DNA from: Porphyridium purpureum
Lineage: Eukaryota
DNA length: 64,000 nucleotides
Direction of reading: 5' to 3'
NCBI GenBank assembly: GCA_008690995.1
Contig: VRMN01000001.1
Span: 2,294,001 to 2,358,000 of the forward strand
The position numbers and the translations under genes were made by a program. Shown one piece after another: positions 11,300-22,075 of this stretch (positions are counted from its first letter, which is position 1; each line of letters begins with the position of its first letter). The notes under the pieces are model-generated. The model was not told where the DNA came from and did no database searches. It was given only the letters and a program-made list of their open reading frames with translations.

Positions 11300-12997
11300 C
11301 TACGCTGCGACGGCTGCACCTGCGTGTGAGCACAGAACGTGGCTCGCAAGTTCGTCGTCGACACAGTACTGGGTGCCAAAGCTTCGGTACGCAGTGCCCG
11401 GCTGGTGCCACGCCGTGTCGAGCGACCATGTGGTGTTTGCGGGCTGGCCGCGGAGCACGTGCACGAGACGCGCAAAGTTGCTGCTGAACGTCCCGATAAA
11501 AATCCGCGACGCAGCGAGCACTTTCAGCTCCAGGAGCAGCTCCAGCGTGTGCACCGACCGGTCAAACTTGGCTTCCCGATTCGCGACTTGCTGGTCGTGG
11601 CCCACGCGTTCCTCCCCAGCGATAGAAAGCAACGTCATCCCACCAAGTTCCCGCTCCAAAGTTCGAATCGAAGCCAGCTCGTCCGACGCAACAAACACTT
11701 GCGAGCAACCAGTGTGTGCGGCAGCGATGCGCACTGCGCTCGCGTATGTAGACAAATCAACAAAAGGGACCTCCTTGTACTTGTCGCCTCGTCGTATGTG
11801 CACACCGATGATGCAAGGCGCGTCCTCCTCGAGCACACCGAGACGCTTCAAATCCTTGTCCAGTACCTTGCTGATGAGAGCGCGTGGCTGCCAAAAGTCA
11901 GACGCCAGTGCTCGGTACATGTCGAGCGCACCTTGAGCGTCCAGAAGCGTCGACTGTACGACGAGGTTTGCTAGCTGCGTTGAGCGTTCCTGTGCCACGA
12001 GCAGGCACTCTTCCGCGCGGTTGCGGTCCAGGCGAGGGAAGTCCTGCAACGGCGCACACGCCGAGCCGCCGCCAAATTTGCGCTGCAGCTCAGCTGCAAT
12101 AGGATAAGAGGGCATAGTGCGCGCGGGCTCGGTCCCGTCTGGTCGCATGCACGCCTGCAAGGGCATGTCGAAGTAGCATTCCCATCCTTTGCGCTTTCCG
12201 CAGCCGTAATTCCAGTGATTGCCCATTTCAATCAAGAAAGTGAAGCGGGTGGCCCGCGCAAGGGCGTAGGCATCTAGCATGCGCAACACCTGCGCTCCAA
12301 AGCCATTACTCTTGGTATCGCGAAACAACAGCACCTGCGTGCACATTCCTATCGGAGCGCCAGGCGGCTGCGACGCGAAGGAAGGAAATGCTCTAATCCG
12401 ATTCGCCAGTACCTTGGCGGCCTCAATTTCTGAAGGCCAGAATGAGTACACTGTCGAGCCTTCGCCGCCCTCTGCTCCACGATTCCCTACTCCACTTGTT
12501 AAACGCCTGCGCACGCCGCTGAACCAGGGCGAGCCGGCGTCGTCCGCCTGATATTGATGGCGACGGTGATCATGCTTCCCTCTGAGCACGAGCCCGATGG
12601 TTGCCAGAATAAACACACTGCCGAGCAGTGACAAGAGAACAAACTTGACTGAGAACGCGCCCGTATTACTGCCTTTCAGTTCTCGAAAATGCTCCTCCCA
12701 CGCCTCTCGTGCCAGTTTGACGTATCGCCTCCACCTCAAGAAAGTGCCGCGGAACATCCCCACCGGGCCCAGGCCAGACCCAGATCCAGAGCTCAACCGC
12801 TTCGGTTTATCCCTGTCGCGCGCTGCGTACATGGCGTCCGGCGTATCGGCAGACAAATGTCGTGCCGCTGTGTGACTCGAGAAACACTCGCCACAAGGCT
12901 CGCCAAAGGTAGCTGCTCGGTCGGACGGAATGGTTCCGCAAGGATACGGGGTGAGAAGAAAGCCACATTCTGGGAAGGAGGTTGGACGAGTGTCCAT
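11300..12997 (-). CDS. GT23 (FUT8/NodZ-like) alpha-1,6-fucosyltransferase-family type II membrane protein
   Basis: One TM segment (VLLSLLGSVFILATIGLVL), then GFGAQV, IGVHIRRGDK, VFVASDE and IFIGTFSSNFARL. An alternative start is the ATG at 12832. Confidence 0.85.
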   Translation of the reverse strand: MDTRPTSFPECGFLLTPYPCGTIPSDRAATFGEPCGECFSSHTAARHLSADTPDAMYAARDRDKPKRLSSGSGSGLGPVGMFRGTFLRWRRYVKLAREAWEEHFRELKGSNTGAFSVKFVLLSLLGSVFILATIGLVLRGKHDHRRHQYQADDAGSPWFSGVRRRLTSGVGNRGAEGGEGSTVYSFWPSEIEAAKVLANRIRAFPSFASQPPGAPIGMCTQVLLFRDTKSNGFGAQVLRMLDAYALARATRFTFLIEMGNHWNYGCGKRKGWECYFDMPLQACMRPDGTEPARTMPSYPIAAELQRKFGGGSACAPLQDFPRLDRNRAEECLLVAQERSTQLANLVVQSTLLDAQGALDMYRALASDFWQPRALISKVLDKDLKRLGVLEEDAPCIIGVHIRRGDKYKEVPFVDLSTYASAVRIAAAHTGCSQVFVASDELASIRTLERELGGMTLLSIAGEERVGHDQQVANREAKFDRSVHTLELLLELKVLAASRIFIGTFSSNFARLVHVLRGQPANTTWSLDTAWHQPGTAYRSFGTQYCVDDELASHVLCSHAGAAVAA

Positions 12998-13068
12998 GCT
13001 CGCAAATGTGCTGTAAGAATGAGTTGGTCGAACGCTTGTGAATTTTACTCATCAGGCCCGGCAATGCG

Positions 13069-13872
13069 TCACCTTGGTTCGCTAGAACATGAGACCGGAC
13101 TGCTTTCAAACTCACATTCACGCGTGGTCCGTAGCACTTTTTGGCGCTTTGAACATGGTGACACGACGTCACGTTCAAGAGCTGGCTTGCTATACGGCCC
13201 TTCGTCGCAAAATGATTCTGCGATGCGCGATCTTAATTGCATACCAAGCGTGAGCGCGGTTTCACCGTCGTGCTCGAGCAGGCGGCGCTGCACAGCGTGC
13301 TGTACGACGTCGTCGGCCAGCCCAAAGGCGTGCAATGTCGCAAGAAACGCCGCGCACCCGCTGATATGAGGCATTGTCGTCCTCAGTGTGGGAGAGAACT
13401 CTTCGCTCAAGTACATTCTCAAGATCAGCTTATGCACCATGCGAATCGTAGTGCGCTTACCCACTTGCTGTGCAAGAAGCTCTGCCACATCGGCAAGAGT
13501 CTCCGTGCGTAATTTCCAGTCTAAAAGATCTAGAACTTTCAACTCAAAGCCAAGTAGGTAGGTCGGATCTGCGCCAAGCTCCGACGTGCAATATTGCACA
13601 AAGCCACGGTCAAAGCCACGGTCTTCCCCGCGATACTTTGCGGCGATCCTCACACACAAGAAGCTCATGACACGGATTCCGTTTGCTGTCCAGGAATCAC
13701 CCCCTAACCTGACCAATACAGTTCGTACGTATTGTGCCGCGGCCTCACCAACTGCAAATGATAATCGCATGTCAGCGGCCACCTCGAACACAGTTGCAAG
13801 CGCATCCAGCAAGCCAAGCCTACGTGACGGCTCGGCACGCGCGCGCTTCCTTTCTGTGACGCAACAATTCAT
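13069..13872 (-). CDS. Divergent cyclin (cyclin N-terminal box)
   Basis: CVRIAAKY..E and ELKVLDLLDWKL match cyclin-box helices 3 and 5. ATG at 13872. Confidence 0.8.
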   Translation of the reverse strand: MNCCVTERKRARAEPSRRLGLLDALATVFEVAADMRLSFAVGEAAAQYVRTVLVRLGGDSWTANGIRVMSFLCVRIAAKYRGEDRGFDRGFVQYCTSELGADPTYLLGFELKVLDLLDWKLRTETLADVAELLAQQVGKRTTIRMVHKLILRMYLSEEFSPTLRTTMPHISGCAAFLATLHAFGLADDVVQHAVQRRLLEHDGETALTLGMQLRSRIAESFCDEGPYSKPALERDVVSPCSKRQKVLRTTRECEFESSPVSCSSEPR

Positions 13873-15356
13873 TCTGGCTCCTTCACGATCCGATCCAGCC
13901 AAGTTCAACAGAGAATCAGGAACTACCCCTGTTGTGACGAATTTTACCCCCTGCGGTCCTTGAACTTTTGGCTCTTCTCTTCACACTTCGCATTGCTATT
14001 TTATGCCACGAGGCCCACTTTGCTAGCAGCCATCTGGCGTCGCGCTTAAGTACCTGTCACACGGTGGCCTGACTTTGGCTCACAAGTGCTTCATGTTCTG
14101 TTTCGCCCGCCTGTTTGGCGCGCCTGTTTCGCGCGCGAACGCTCCCAATGCCGGACCAGCCTACCCGTCAGTCGCGCCAAATTCCTGCGACCAATGAGAC
14201 CACGTCAAAGCAGCCACTCGTTCACGTACCTACGAGCGCGCGAGCGCGAAACACCACCTCGAACGGGACCGCTTACACTCCGCCTCTGAAATCCGTGCAG
14301 GTTTCAAACCGACCCATCTTGCGTCGCAGATCGGATTCAGTGGCTTCCCGCGTCCTTTGAATCCTTGCATGATCTCGCCACCACGGCGACGGAGCCCGTT
14401 TCGACACACGTCCGCCCTAAAGCCAACGCACAACACTGAAATATCATCTCCTGCCGTCGAACCCCTTTGCAATTCATCCTCCGGTACGCGTTCGCGACCC
14501 TTGGAACTTTTTTGAGGCAAGAATGGTGCGTGGGACATCTGAACTGGAACAGTGAAGCAGCTGGCCCACCAGCTGTTCTACTCTTGCTACCCTTGAATTG
14601 TTCGCATGGTTTCTTGGTCTCAGATCCAAGCACGGTGACTCGTACCACCTCGGCCGCTGCGACACTAGCATTGGAGTGGATCCGCTTCCCATCTGATGTC
14701 GTGCCCCTTTCAAAAGGATAAATGCGCAACGTATGCTGACACAATCGTAAGCGCATACTCAGGGGAGGCTCTTCAACAGAATCACCGCATCCTCCCGCGA
14801 AGACTTGCGCGTTCCGTTTCACATGTGTACTCCTCACACACGTTGCGGACAAGTCGTCTTGGTTTCAGCACCGCCGCGTTGCACGGACGCCGGCGAGCGA
14901 TATTACAGAGTCTGAGTCAGGCGCGACCAGCTCGGGCCGGCTCCGACGAGCTGCGATATCCTGGATCCGCGTGTCTTGCGCGCTACACGCCCAAGTGCGA
15001 GACGGAGTTGCCGCACACACCAAAGTGGATCCACTTCTTCTGACCGGTGAACATTAAATAATGTCGTTATGTTAATACAGGGATTAACAGTACTCTCACT
15101 GTACACGCGTCCGGTGGCGATTGTGGTGGAAGGCCAGTTGCGGTGGAACGTCCATAAGCTGGCAAGAGAAGAGTAGGTGCGATTGTCCTCCATACACGGT
15201 CGAGCCTCGAAACGGAGTACGGACGCGGCGCGAGCAAGGATTTACGTGGGGCCACAACACGCGCCGCTTCATCCAGAGTCTCGCGCGCCGGTTTCTGCAA
15301 CACGTGGGCTCGGACGCGGCGTGTGTCGGCGGCGTTGTTCTGCTTTCTTTGCAGCG

Positions 15357-16877
15357 ATGAGTGGGTTTGTGCAGGGCGTAAGTGTGGAGTCGCCGCTCTG
15401 GTGGAAGAGAGGATGCAGTGGTGCTGCTTTGAAAGCCTGCAAGGCATGCAGAAGGACGGCCAATGGCTCCCGAAGGACTGCGGCAGTCCGCGACGCGCAT
15501 GTGGAAATGACTGCGCTTGCACGTCCAGGAGCACTTTCATTCGACTCGCGGTTTGCGGTTGTGGGGCGTGGGGTGATGAGGAGCAAAGCAGGCTTCGCAG
15601 TTGCCCGTGAACAGGCATGGGGCCGGGGGCGGGGACAGTCTTTGCCGGCACCGGTTCTCCATGTATTTCTACCTCGCAACCCTGGCTTGTCAGACGGCGA
15701 CGATGGCGAGGATGAGTCACGTTTGGACAAAGCCAGCCTTGACAGGGACTTGTTTTGGCTCGACGACAACCAGGACGAATATGATGACGATGGATATCTC
15801 ATAAGGCGTGCCCCGTCCAGTGATGACGAACAAGCACAAGAACAAGCGCCACAATCCACGAACGACAAGGGTAGTCACAGCAGCCAAACAAAAGCAGCGA
15901 CTGCTGAAAGTGAGTCCCGGCCTGCCATCGACAGGAGAAGGATTATAAGCGAAGTGGACTTGTTTCGCGAGAAGGAGCTTTTGTTCTCTGATTCGAAGCC
16001 CACGTACGACGACTCTTACCGTGACCGGGAGAAGAAGCGCTCGTTGAGTGCCTTCCGGGGCGGGCGCGGTGGGTTTATTGACGTTGAGGAAATGAACCGC
16101 ACGCTCACGCCGGACTTTCTGGAAAGACACCGCTTTGTGCTTGCGCCAGACGAGGCGTTCGGGGCCATCTTTATGTGGGAAGCCATTGTGGAAGGCTGGC
16201 GTGAATTGGAAATGGGGGCGTGGAACGCAGTTGCGACGGAAGAGTCTCTATACCCTGTCGATATGGAGGATGTAATTCGTGCGGAGGACATGATTCCAGA
16301 GCAAGCGGTACAGCGCGTGTTCCACTGGACGACTGACTGGGGTCAGATCAAGAAACTCATTTTCAGGCAGCGCGAAGTGTTGAACGAGCAACTGGATTCA
16401 TTTGAAGGATTTCGCGTGCGCGACGGAGTCGTCCCGTGGCTTGAGGCGTTGGCTAAGCACGGCACGCGCGTGTGCCTGTGCGCACCACTTCCGCGACAAC
16501 GCGTGGAGCTCATTCTGAAAAAGCTTGACCTGCGTCAGTGTTTTCCGTACATGATCACTGCGGACCAAGAGTTTGAAAGCCTAGAGCAAATGTGCCTGCT
16601 CGCGGCGCTCACTTTTGAACGCCCCCCTCAAAAATGTGCCGTCTTCACAGACCGCCCGAAGGGCATCATTGCGGCGCATGAAATTTCTATGAAGGCCGTA
16701 GCTATGGTGCAAGCATACAAGGCTTTCGAACTGCGGAGCGCTGACGTGACGGTCTCTTCGTTTGATCAGCTGGTGGTTCTGAATGTGCGGCGCCTATTTA
16801 GCGAAGCTGGTTATGAGCGCATGGACCCGCAAACGCAGACCGAGGTCCAACAGCTCACAATGGAAGAACAACGGTAG
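15357..16877 (+). CDS. Plastid-targeted HAD-like hydrolase-family protein (PyrP2/At3g10970-like)
   Basis: MSGFV transit-like N-terminus; EAFGAIFMWEAIV (degenerate motif I), ERPPQKCAVFTD, IIAAHEISMKAV, FELRSAD. Confidence 0.85.
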   Translation: MSGFVQGVSVESPLWWKRGCSGAALKACKACRRTANGSRRTAAVRDAHVEMTALARPGALSFDSRFAVVGRGVMRSKAGFAVAREQAWGRGRGQSLPAPVLHVFLPRNPGLSDGDDGEDESRLDKASLDRDLFWLDDNQDEYDDDGYLIRRAPSSDDEQAQEQAPQSTNDKGSHSSQTKAATAESESRPAIDRRRIISEVDLFREKELLFSDSKPTYDDSYRDREKKRSLSAFRGGRGGFIDVEEMNRTLTPDFLERHRFVLAPDEAFGAIFMWEAIVEGWRELEMGAWNAVATEESLYPVDMEDVIRAEDMIPEQAVQRVFHWTTDWGQIKKLIFRQREVLNEQLDSFEGFRVRDGVVPWLEALAKHGTRVCLCAPLPRQRVELILKKLDLRQCFPYMITADQEFESLEQMCLLAALTFERPPQKCAVFTDRPKGIIAAHEISMKAVAMVQAYKAFELRSADVTVSSFDQLVVLNVRRLFSEAGYERMDPQTQTEVQQLTMEEQR

Positions 16878-17533
16878 GAGAAAGAGATCTTGTCATCGGG
16901 GAACACCTCAATAAAGTCCGAACCCTCAAATCAGGCTGAGAGGCAGTGGCGAAGGGATCAAAACAAGTGGATCGGAAACTTTCAAGACGAAACGGGATCA
17001 CACTCGGTCAGCTACGCTCCTCACTTCGCCGCCGAGAAGCTCACACATGGCGCTACTTGTTTTTCTCCGAACGATCGGCGCGCGTCGCGCGAGTCATCAG
17101 ACGCTGGTCGTTCGACCATAGCATACGGCGCATGGCACAACCGGCGCCTGGAAAAGGGTTCATCCCGATGACGGGCTTTCCCAGACTTTTGCCGCTGGCT
17201 CTCATGTCCGTTAGGACGCCCTGTTTCTTGCTTTGTATCCATCACGCGACTCGCGCGCCCCACGCCCTTCCAGATCGCTCAAAAGAAAGACAAAAGAAAG
17301 AGCAGAAACTTACAGCTTTGACCACCGCCCGCGCGGCTGGAATCCGAACGAGACACCGGTGACTCCCATCGGACATCTATTCACACGCGTTCATGTGAAA
17401 TCGTACGAGTCACAACCGACAAACGCTATGCCTCCCAACAACCTCTGCGGCCGCAAGGTTTGTACACTAAAATCAGCCGTGGTGAGTTCGAGTCGAGGAA
17501 CGTCTCTGGGCTAAAGTGGAAACAGGTGACGCG

Positions 17534-18574
17534 ATGAAGGACGACTTCTTGTGGAAGCAGGCTGTGATCCCCGAGGCGCGGGCCATCGCACTGGGGACTG
17601 GACCTGATGCGGCTTTTACATTTCCTCTCGTGCTGATGCCAGAGAAGGAATTTGAAAAGGCGTCGCTTGAGCAGGTGCTGAGCAACGTACACGCGAGGAG
17701 AGATGAATTGGAGGAACAGCTCTCCAAGCACGGCGCTATACTTTTCCGCGCATTCCCTGGCGTGACAAGTGCGAATGCGTTTGATGAGTTCGTGAGAGCA
17801 GGGCTGGGCATCCGCAATTTTCCGTACGTGGGCGGTAATGCTGTGCGCAAAAAAGTTGTAGCAGACCGCGTCTTTACCACGAATGAAAGCCCACCAGACC
17901 GGCTTATTCCGTTCCACCACGAGCTCGCACAGACATCCAACTATCCGTCCCGTATCCTGTTTTTCTGCGACCTGCCGGCGGCGCAAGGGGGCGAGACACC
18001 GATTGCGAATTCCGTCGAGACCTGCGCATTAATCGCGGAAAAGTTCCCAGATTTCTTGAAAGCACTGGAGCAATTCGGGGTCGTTTACACGCGCGTTATG
18101 ACAGAGCACGATCGTGCAGAGTCAGCCATTGGGCGGGGCTGGAAGTCCACGTTCAATGTGGACTCGAAGGAGCAATTGGAAGCACTGCTTGCTTCAAAGG
18201 GCGAGCAGTGTGAGTGGCTTCGTGACGGAGCGGCGGAAGCAGGAGCTGGTCTCATGCGGCACTGCTCGCCCGTGCTGCCAGCCGTCAAGACACTCAAGGA
18301 CGGACGCCGAGTATTTTTCAACCAAGTGATTGCCGCATACACGGGATGGCAGGATGAATTCAATGACCCAGCGACATGCGTGCGACTGGGCGACGACACG
18401 CGCTCTGCCCTGGACCCAGAAGCGATGCAGTTCTGTATCGACATACTACGCGAATGCCAGGTCGCGTTTCCGTGGCAAGAAGGTGACGTACTGTACATCC
18501 ACAACGAGCTCGTCATGCACGCTCGGAACACATTTTCGGGCCCTCGCCGTATCTTTGCGGCACTGGGTGTCTGA
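17534..18574 (+). CDS. TauD/clavaminate synthase-like Fe(II)/2-oxoglutarate dioxygenase
   Basis: GAILFR, NESPP..IPFHHE (HxE), GGETP, WQEGDVLYIHN..MHAR, R.I motif. Confidence 0.93.
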   Translation: MKDDFLWKQAVIPEARAIALGTGPDAAFTFPLVLMPEKEFEKASLEQVLSNVHARRDELEEQLSKHGAILFRAFPGVTSANAFDEFVRAGLGIRNFPYVGGNAVRKKVVADRVFTTNESPPDRLIPFHHELAQTSNYPSRILFFCDLPAAQGGETPIANSVETCALIAEKFPDFLKALEQFGVVYTRVMTEHDRAESAIGRGWKSTFNVDSKEQLEALLASKGEQCEWLRDGAAEAGAGLMRHCSPVLPAVKTLKDGRRVFFNQVIAAYTGWQDEFNDPATCVRLGDDTRSALDPEAMQFCIDILRECQVAFPWQEGDVLYIHNELVMHARNTFSGPRRIFAALGV

Positions 18575-19032
18575 CATGAAGCCCTGGCGATGACAGACTT
18601 CAGCGTTCGACACTTCATACCAGCCTGATTTTCGCGCACCGCGCACGCGTACGTGGTGCACGCTGACGGGAACCAGGCACGTCGCCCCAAAGCAAGCTAG
18701 CTCAATAAAGTACATCTTTTCTGGTACGCTTTTCGTCCGCAGCCAAGACGGCAGCTGAACAACATTCTTCAGCGTGAACGCACTGAATTGAACGCATGGA
18801 GGTCACCACACGGGCGCGACGACTAAAGGTCTTGATGAGAAGCAGTGGTCTGCAAGAGGCGCATGCTGCTGCTGATAGATGCACATTGGACGGCACCGCG
18901 TTGCCGCATCGTTGGCGCTGGACAGGGTAATCCGTGGGTCGACAGGCGGCGACCGATTTACTTGCACACCAACGTGCCCTAGTTGACGCTGCGTTGTGCA
19001 AGACGCGTGTGGGTCATTCCCACGCAAGTAGC

Positions 19033-20766
19033 ATGGTAGAGCGCGTGAGCGAAAGAGGAAGAGGACGAGCTGGTCAGGACCTGAGCATGGAGACCGCGGT
19101 AGGGCTTCCGGATCTTCCGCCCGTACTGCTGCAGAAGATTTTGGAGCTCGGAAGCGTGGAACAAGTGCGCGTATTTGGGCAGGTGTGTCGGTACACGCGA
19201 ACGTTTGTCCACGCAAACTGGGCCCAAATTCACTGGGGTCTCATCACAGACTTTATCGTTGGGCGAGAATGGTGGTTGCCGCAGCACCATAGAGACGCAT
19301 TTTGGAATCTCTCTGCATTTCGCTCGCGGTGCTCCGTGCCTATGCGCGAAGACTTGGTGGAGTGGCAAATCACCACCAGGAAGTACGAGACAGTCTCGAC
19401 TGCGGACTCTGATCGGGATCCATTGGCTGTCGTGCTGGCTTCACGTAGGGACTCGAACGCGTTGCACGTAGGTGCCTTGAGGACAAGTATCGACGGGTAC
19501 GGAAGGTCTAATCCTGGACAGTATGACCTGGACATTTGCGCTCTACGGCTCCTGTCGTCGTTTCCCTCGCTGATTTCGATTCAATCAGATGAGAAACTGC
19601 CGACCTTGCCGAATGGCTGCTGCCTCTTTCGAGCCCGAGCACAATTCCGGCTTGACACGCATGTGCCACTGAGAGCCGAATTGCAAAGTGAATCCAGATG
19701 GAGGAGCATCCCACCTCGCTTCACGATGTCGTGCTGGGTCAGAATAGATGACGCTGACCTACGGCGCAGCGTATATCCACTTGCTCGGCTTCGGTTTGGC
19801 AAAGTCCACGTGCAGATCGTGTTCTATGTGCGCACGCAACGCTTAGGGGTCATGGTGATATGCGAACCGACGCAGCTCCCCGCGATGGGCGCGGACGGCG
19901 AAAGGATATACATGGTGAATAATCACGTGACCCCGAGCTCAGTAGCCTTGGGTAGCTTCCAAGGCGTCACCCGTCTGTCCACGCTCGATGATTTAGGGGT
20001 GGCAACGATGCAAGAAATCGGATTGGGACATTGGCACCACATTGCTATTCGCTCCCTTGTGGATGCGGATGATGCTCCACGTCTGCTTGAAGCCGTGCTC
20101 GATGGTAAGTATTCGGTCTGGCTCGAAAACCCATTGCTCCACGCGCCTGCCGTGCAGCCCATGGAATTGGTTGTTGGACGCTTTCCTTGGGACAATGACG
20201 CGCAAATGGGAAGAGGCGGCGGGCTGCAGGGCGTCATTCAGCCCCTAGTCCATGACGTGGCGTTGCACGCGAGCGAGATCTCTCTGCTGGCAAGCTTCCA
20301 CCCGAAGGACGTCTTTCAATCTGCTTCGCAGTATGCGTCGCTTTCTTTTAGCCCGAAACACAACGACTTTGGCTGCGACGGATGTGATGAATTCCCTTTG
20401 TTTGGTATTCGATGGACATGCTGCGATTGCTTGTTGAAAGATCTTATTACATACGACCTGTGCACGGCGTGCATGAAGAAAATGGCCCTCCATGGAGCAA
20501 TCTTTGGCGGTCGCTTTGCAACGCGGCATGCTAGCGATCACAAATTCCTTCCCCTTCGGTATTCGTCCGAGTCGAGTCCTCTGCCTCGTATTTGTGACGG
20601 TCTCCTCCAAATGCTGGGTGTGAATTGGGACAGGGGCCGCGGCGCCCCAGCCGGGAAGATACGGCCTATTCCTTTCGGCGTCTTTCCCCTCGAAAGCATG
20701 CCGGAGGGCCCTGTGGTCCCAGTCAACTATATGCTGGAACACACACGACTCGTCCAAATTGGGTAG
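19033..20766 (+). CDS. F-box protein with a concanavalin A/LamG-like domain and a ZZ-type zinc finger
   Basis: LPDLPPVLLQKILE..QVCR (F-box); FTMSCWVRI..GHWHHIAI..LDG (LamG-like); CDGC..LFGIRWTCCDC..YDLCTAC..H..H (ZZ). Confidence 0.8.
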   Translation: MVERVSERGRGRAGQDLSMETAVGLPDLPPVLLQKILELGSVEQVRVFGQVCRYTRTFVHANWAQIHWGLITDFIVGREWWLPQHHRDAFWNLSAFRSRCSVPMREDLVEWQITTRKYETVSTADSDRDPLAVVLASRRDSNALHVGALRTSIDGYGRSNPGQYDLDICALRLLSSFPSLISIQSDEKLPTLPNGCCLFRARAQFRLDTHVPLRAELQSESRWRSIPPRFTMSCWVRIDDADLRRSVYPLARLRFGKVHVQIVFYVRTQRLGVMVICEPTQLPAMGADGERIYMVNNHVTPSSVALGSFQGVTRLSTLDDLGVATMQEIGLGHWHHIAIRSLVDADDAPRLLEAVLDGKYSVWLENPLLHAPAVQPMELVVGRFPWDNDAQMGRGGGLQGVIQPLVHDVALHASEISLLASFHPKDVFQSASQYASLSFSPKHNDFGCDGCDEFPLFGIRWTCCDCLLKDLITYDLCTACMKKMALHGAIFGGRFATRHASDHKFLPLRYSSESSPLPRICDGLLQMLGVNWDRGRGAPAGKIRPIPFGVFPLESMPEGPVVPVNYMLEHTRLVQIG

Positions 20767-20827
20767 TCAAGTGGTGAAATCTTTACTATCTACCCGCTTT
20801 GTTGTGAAAAGTCGCTGATGCTCACGC

Positions 20828-22075
20828 TCATTCGCGGGAAATCAGACCTTTCGCTACACATAGTTCTGCGTTGATAATCGAGCCACCGGCGGCGCCGACA
20901 ATGGTGTTATGGCCCAGGCAGACCAGACGGATGTCGTTGATGGTACACTTGCGGACGCGACCGACCGAGACTGTAAACCCACCCCCCAGCATGCGATCCA
21001 GCCGCGTCTGAGGACGGTCTGGCGCATCACAGTAAACGACATCTTTCTCCGGAGCGGACGGCAGACCCAACTGCTTGGTTACGCTCGGATATGCTTTGAT
21101 GGCCTCGATGACCTGCTCCGGGGTGGCCGGAGTTTTGAGCTTGAGGCTGATTGCCTCAAGATGCCCGTCCAGCACGTGCACGCGATTGCACATGGCCGAT
21201 ACGACAAAGTCGGCATTCTCAAACGTACCGTCCTTGCCAATAGTTCCGTAAATCTTCTTGGACTCGGACTCCATCTTCTCCTCTTCTGAGCCGATATATG
21301 GCACCACATTATCAATAATATCCATGGACGGCAGGCCCGGATATCCGGCGCCGGAAATTGCCTGCATGGTTGTGACATGAATTTTCTCGATGCCAAACTT
21401 CTCCATGATCGGTTTGAGGCCGATCGACATGACTGTCGTCGAGCAATTGGCATTCGTGACCAGAAAGCCGCCATTGAAGTTGCGCGCTTTGATCTGAGCC
21501 GGTAACACTTCAACATGCGCGGCATTGACCGGGGGAATCAAGATGGGCACATCTGGATCCATGCGGTGGTTCTTGGCATTGGAAAACACCGCCTTGCCTG
21601 TCTTCGCAAACGCCTCTTCAATATCGCCCGCCACCTCGTTGTCCAGGCCAGAGAAGACGATCTTGACGTCCTTGAAGGCCTCGAGCGACGCGTCGCAATC
21701 TGACACGACCACGCGCCGCGTTTCTTCTGGGATAGGCACCGCCTGCTTCCAGCGGCACGCCTCCTCGTACGGCTTGCCCGCAGAACGCGACGACGCGCCG
21801 AGCGCGACGACATCGAACCAGGGATGTCCACCCAACAGCTCAATGAAGCGCTGTCCCACAGATCCCGTCGCACCAAGCACAGCGACCTTGATCTTCTTCG
21901 CCTGCGCTGCGTCCTGCTCGGCGCGCTGCTGCATGCTCACCACCGCGCATCGCCGCGCACTCACGCGCGCAACTCGCACGTTCACACCCGCATTTCCATA
22001 CCCTCTCGTCTGGCACACGTGGCCGACGCTCCTCTTCTGCCCCACATCCAATCCCGCACCTTGCACAAACGCCAT
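20828..22075 (-). CDS. asd: Aspartate-semialdehyde dehydrogenase, fungal/archaeal (HOM2) type, with plastid transit peptide
   Basis: [30 protein letters not shown], catalytic [14 protein letters not shown] and [17 protein letters not shown]-terminus. Confidence 0.96.
   Translation of the reverse strand: MAFVQGAGLDVGQKRSVGHVCQTRGYGNAGVNVRVARVSARRCAVVSMQQRAEQDAAQAKKIKVAVLGATGSVGQRFIELLGGHPWFDVVALGASSRSAGKPYEEACRWKQAVPIPEETRRVVVSDCDASLEAFKDVKIVFSGLDNEVAGDIEEAFAKTGKAVFSNAKNHRMDPDVPILIPPVNAAHVEVLPAQIKARNFNGGFLVTNANCSTTVMSIGLKPIMEKFGIEKIHVTTMQAISGAGYPGLPSMDIIDNVVPYIGSEEEKMESESKKIYGTIGKDGTFENADFVVSAMCNRVHVLDGHLEAISLKLKTPATPEQVIEAIKAYPSVTKQLGLPSAPEKDVVYCDAPDRPQTRLDRMLGGGFTVSVGRVRKCTINDIRLVCLGHNTIVGAAGGSIINAELCVAKGLISRE

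Noticed and set aside
14086..15100. Cys-rich ORF 14337-14852
   Set aside because: No ATG-started signal peptide or known motif; cannot be distinguished from chance in GC-rich DNA.
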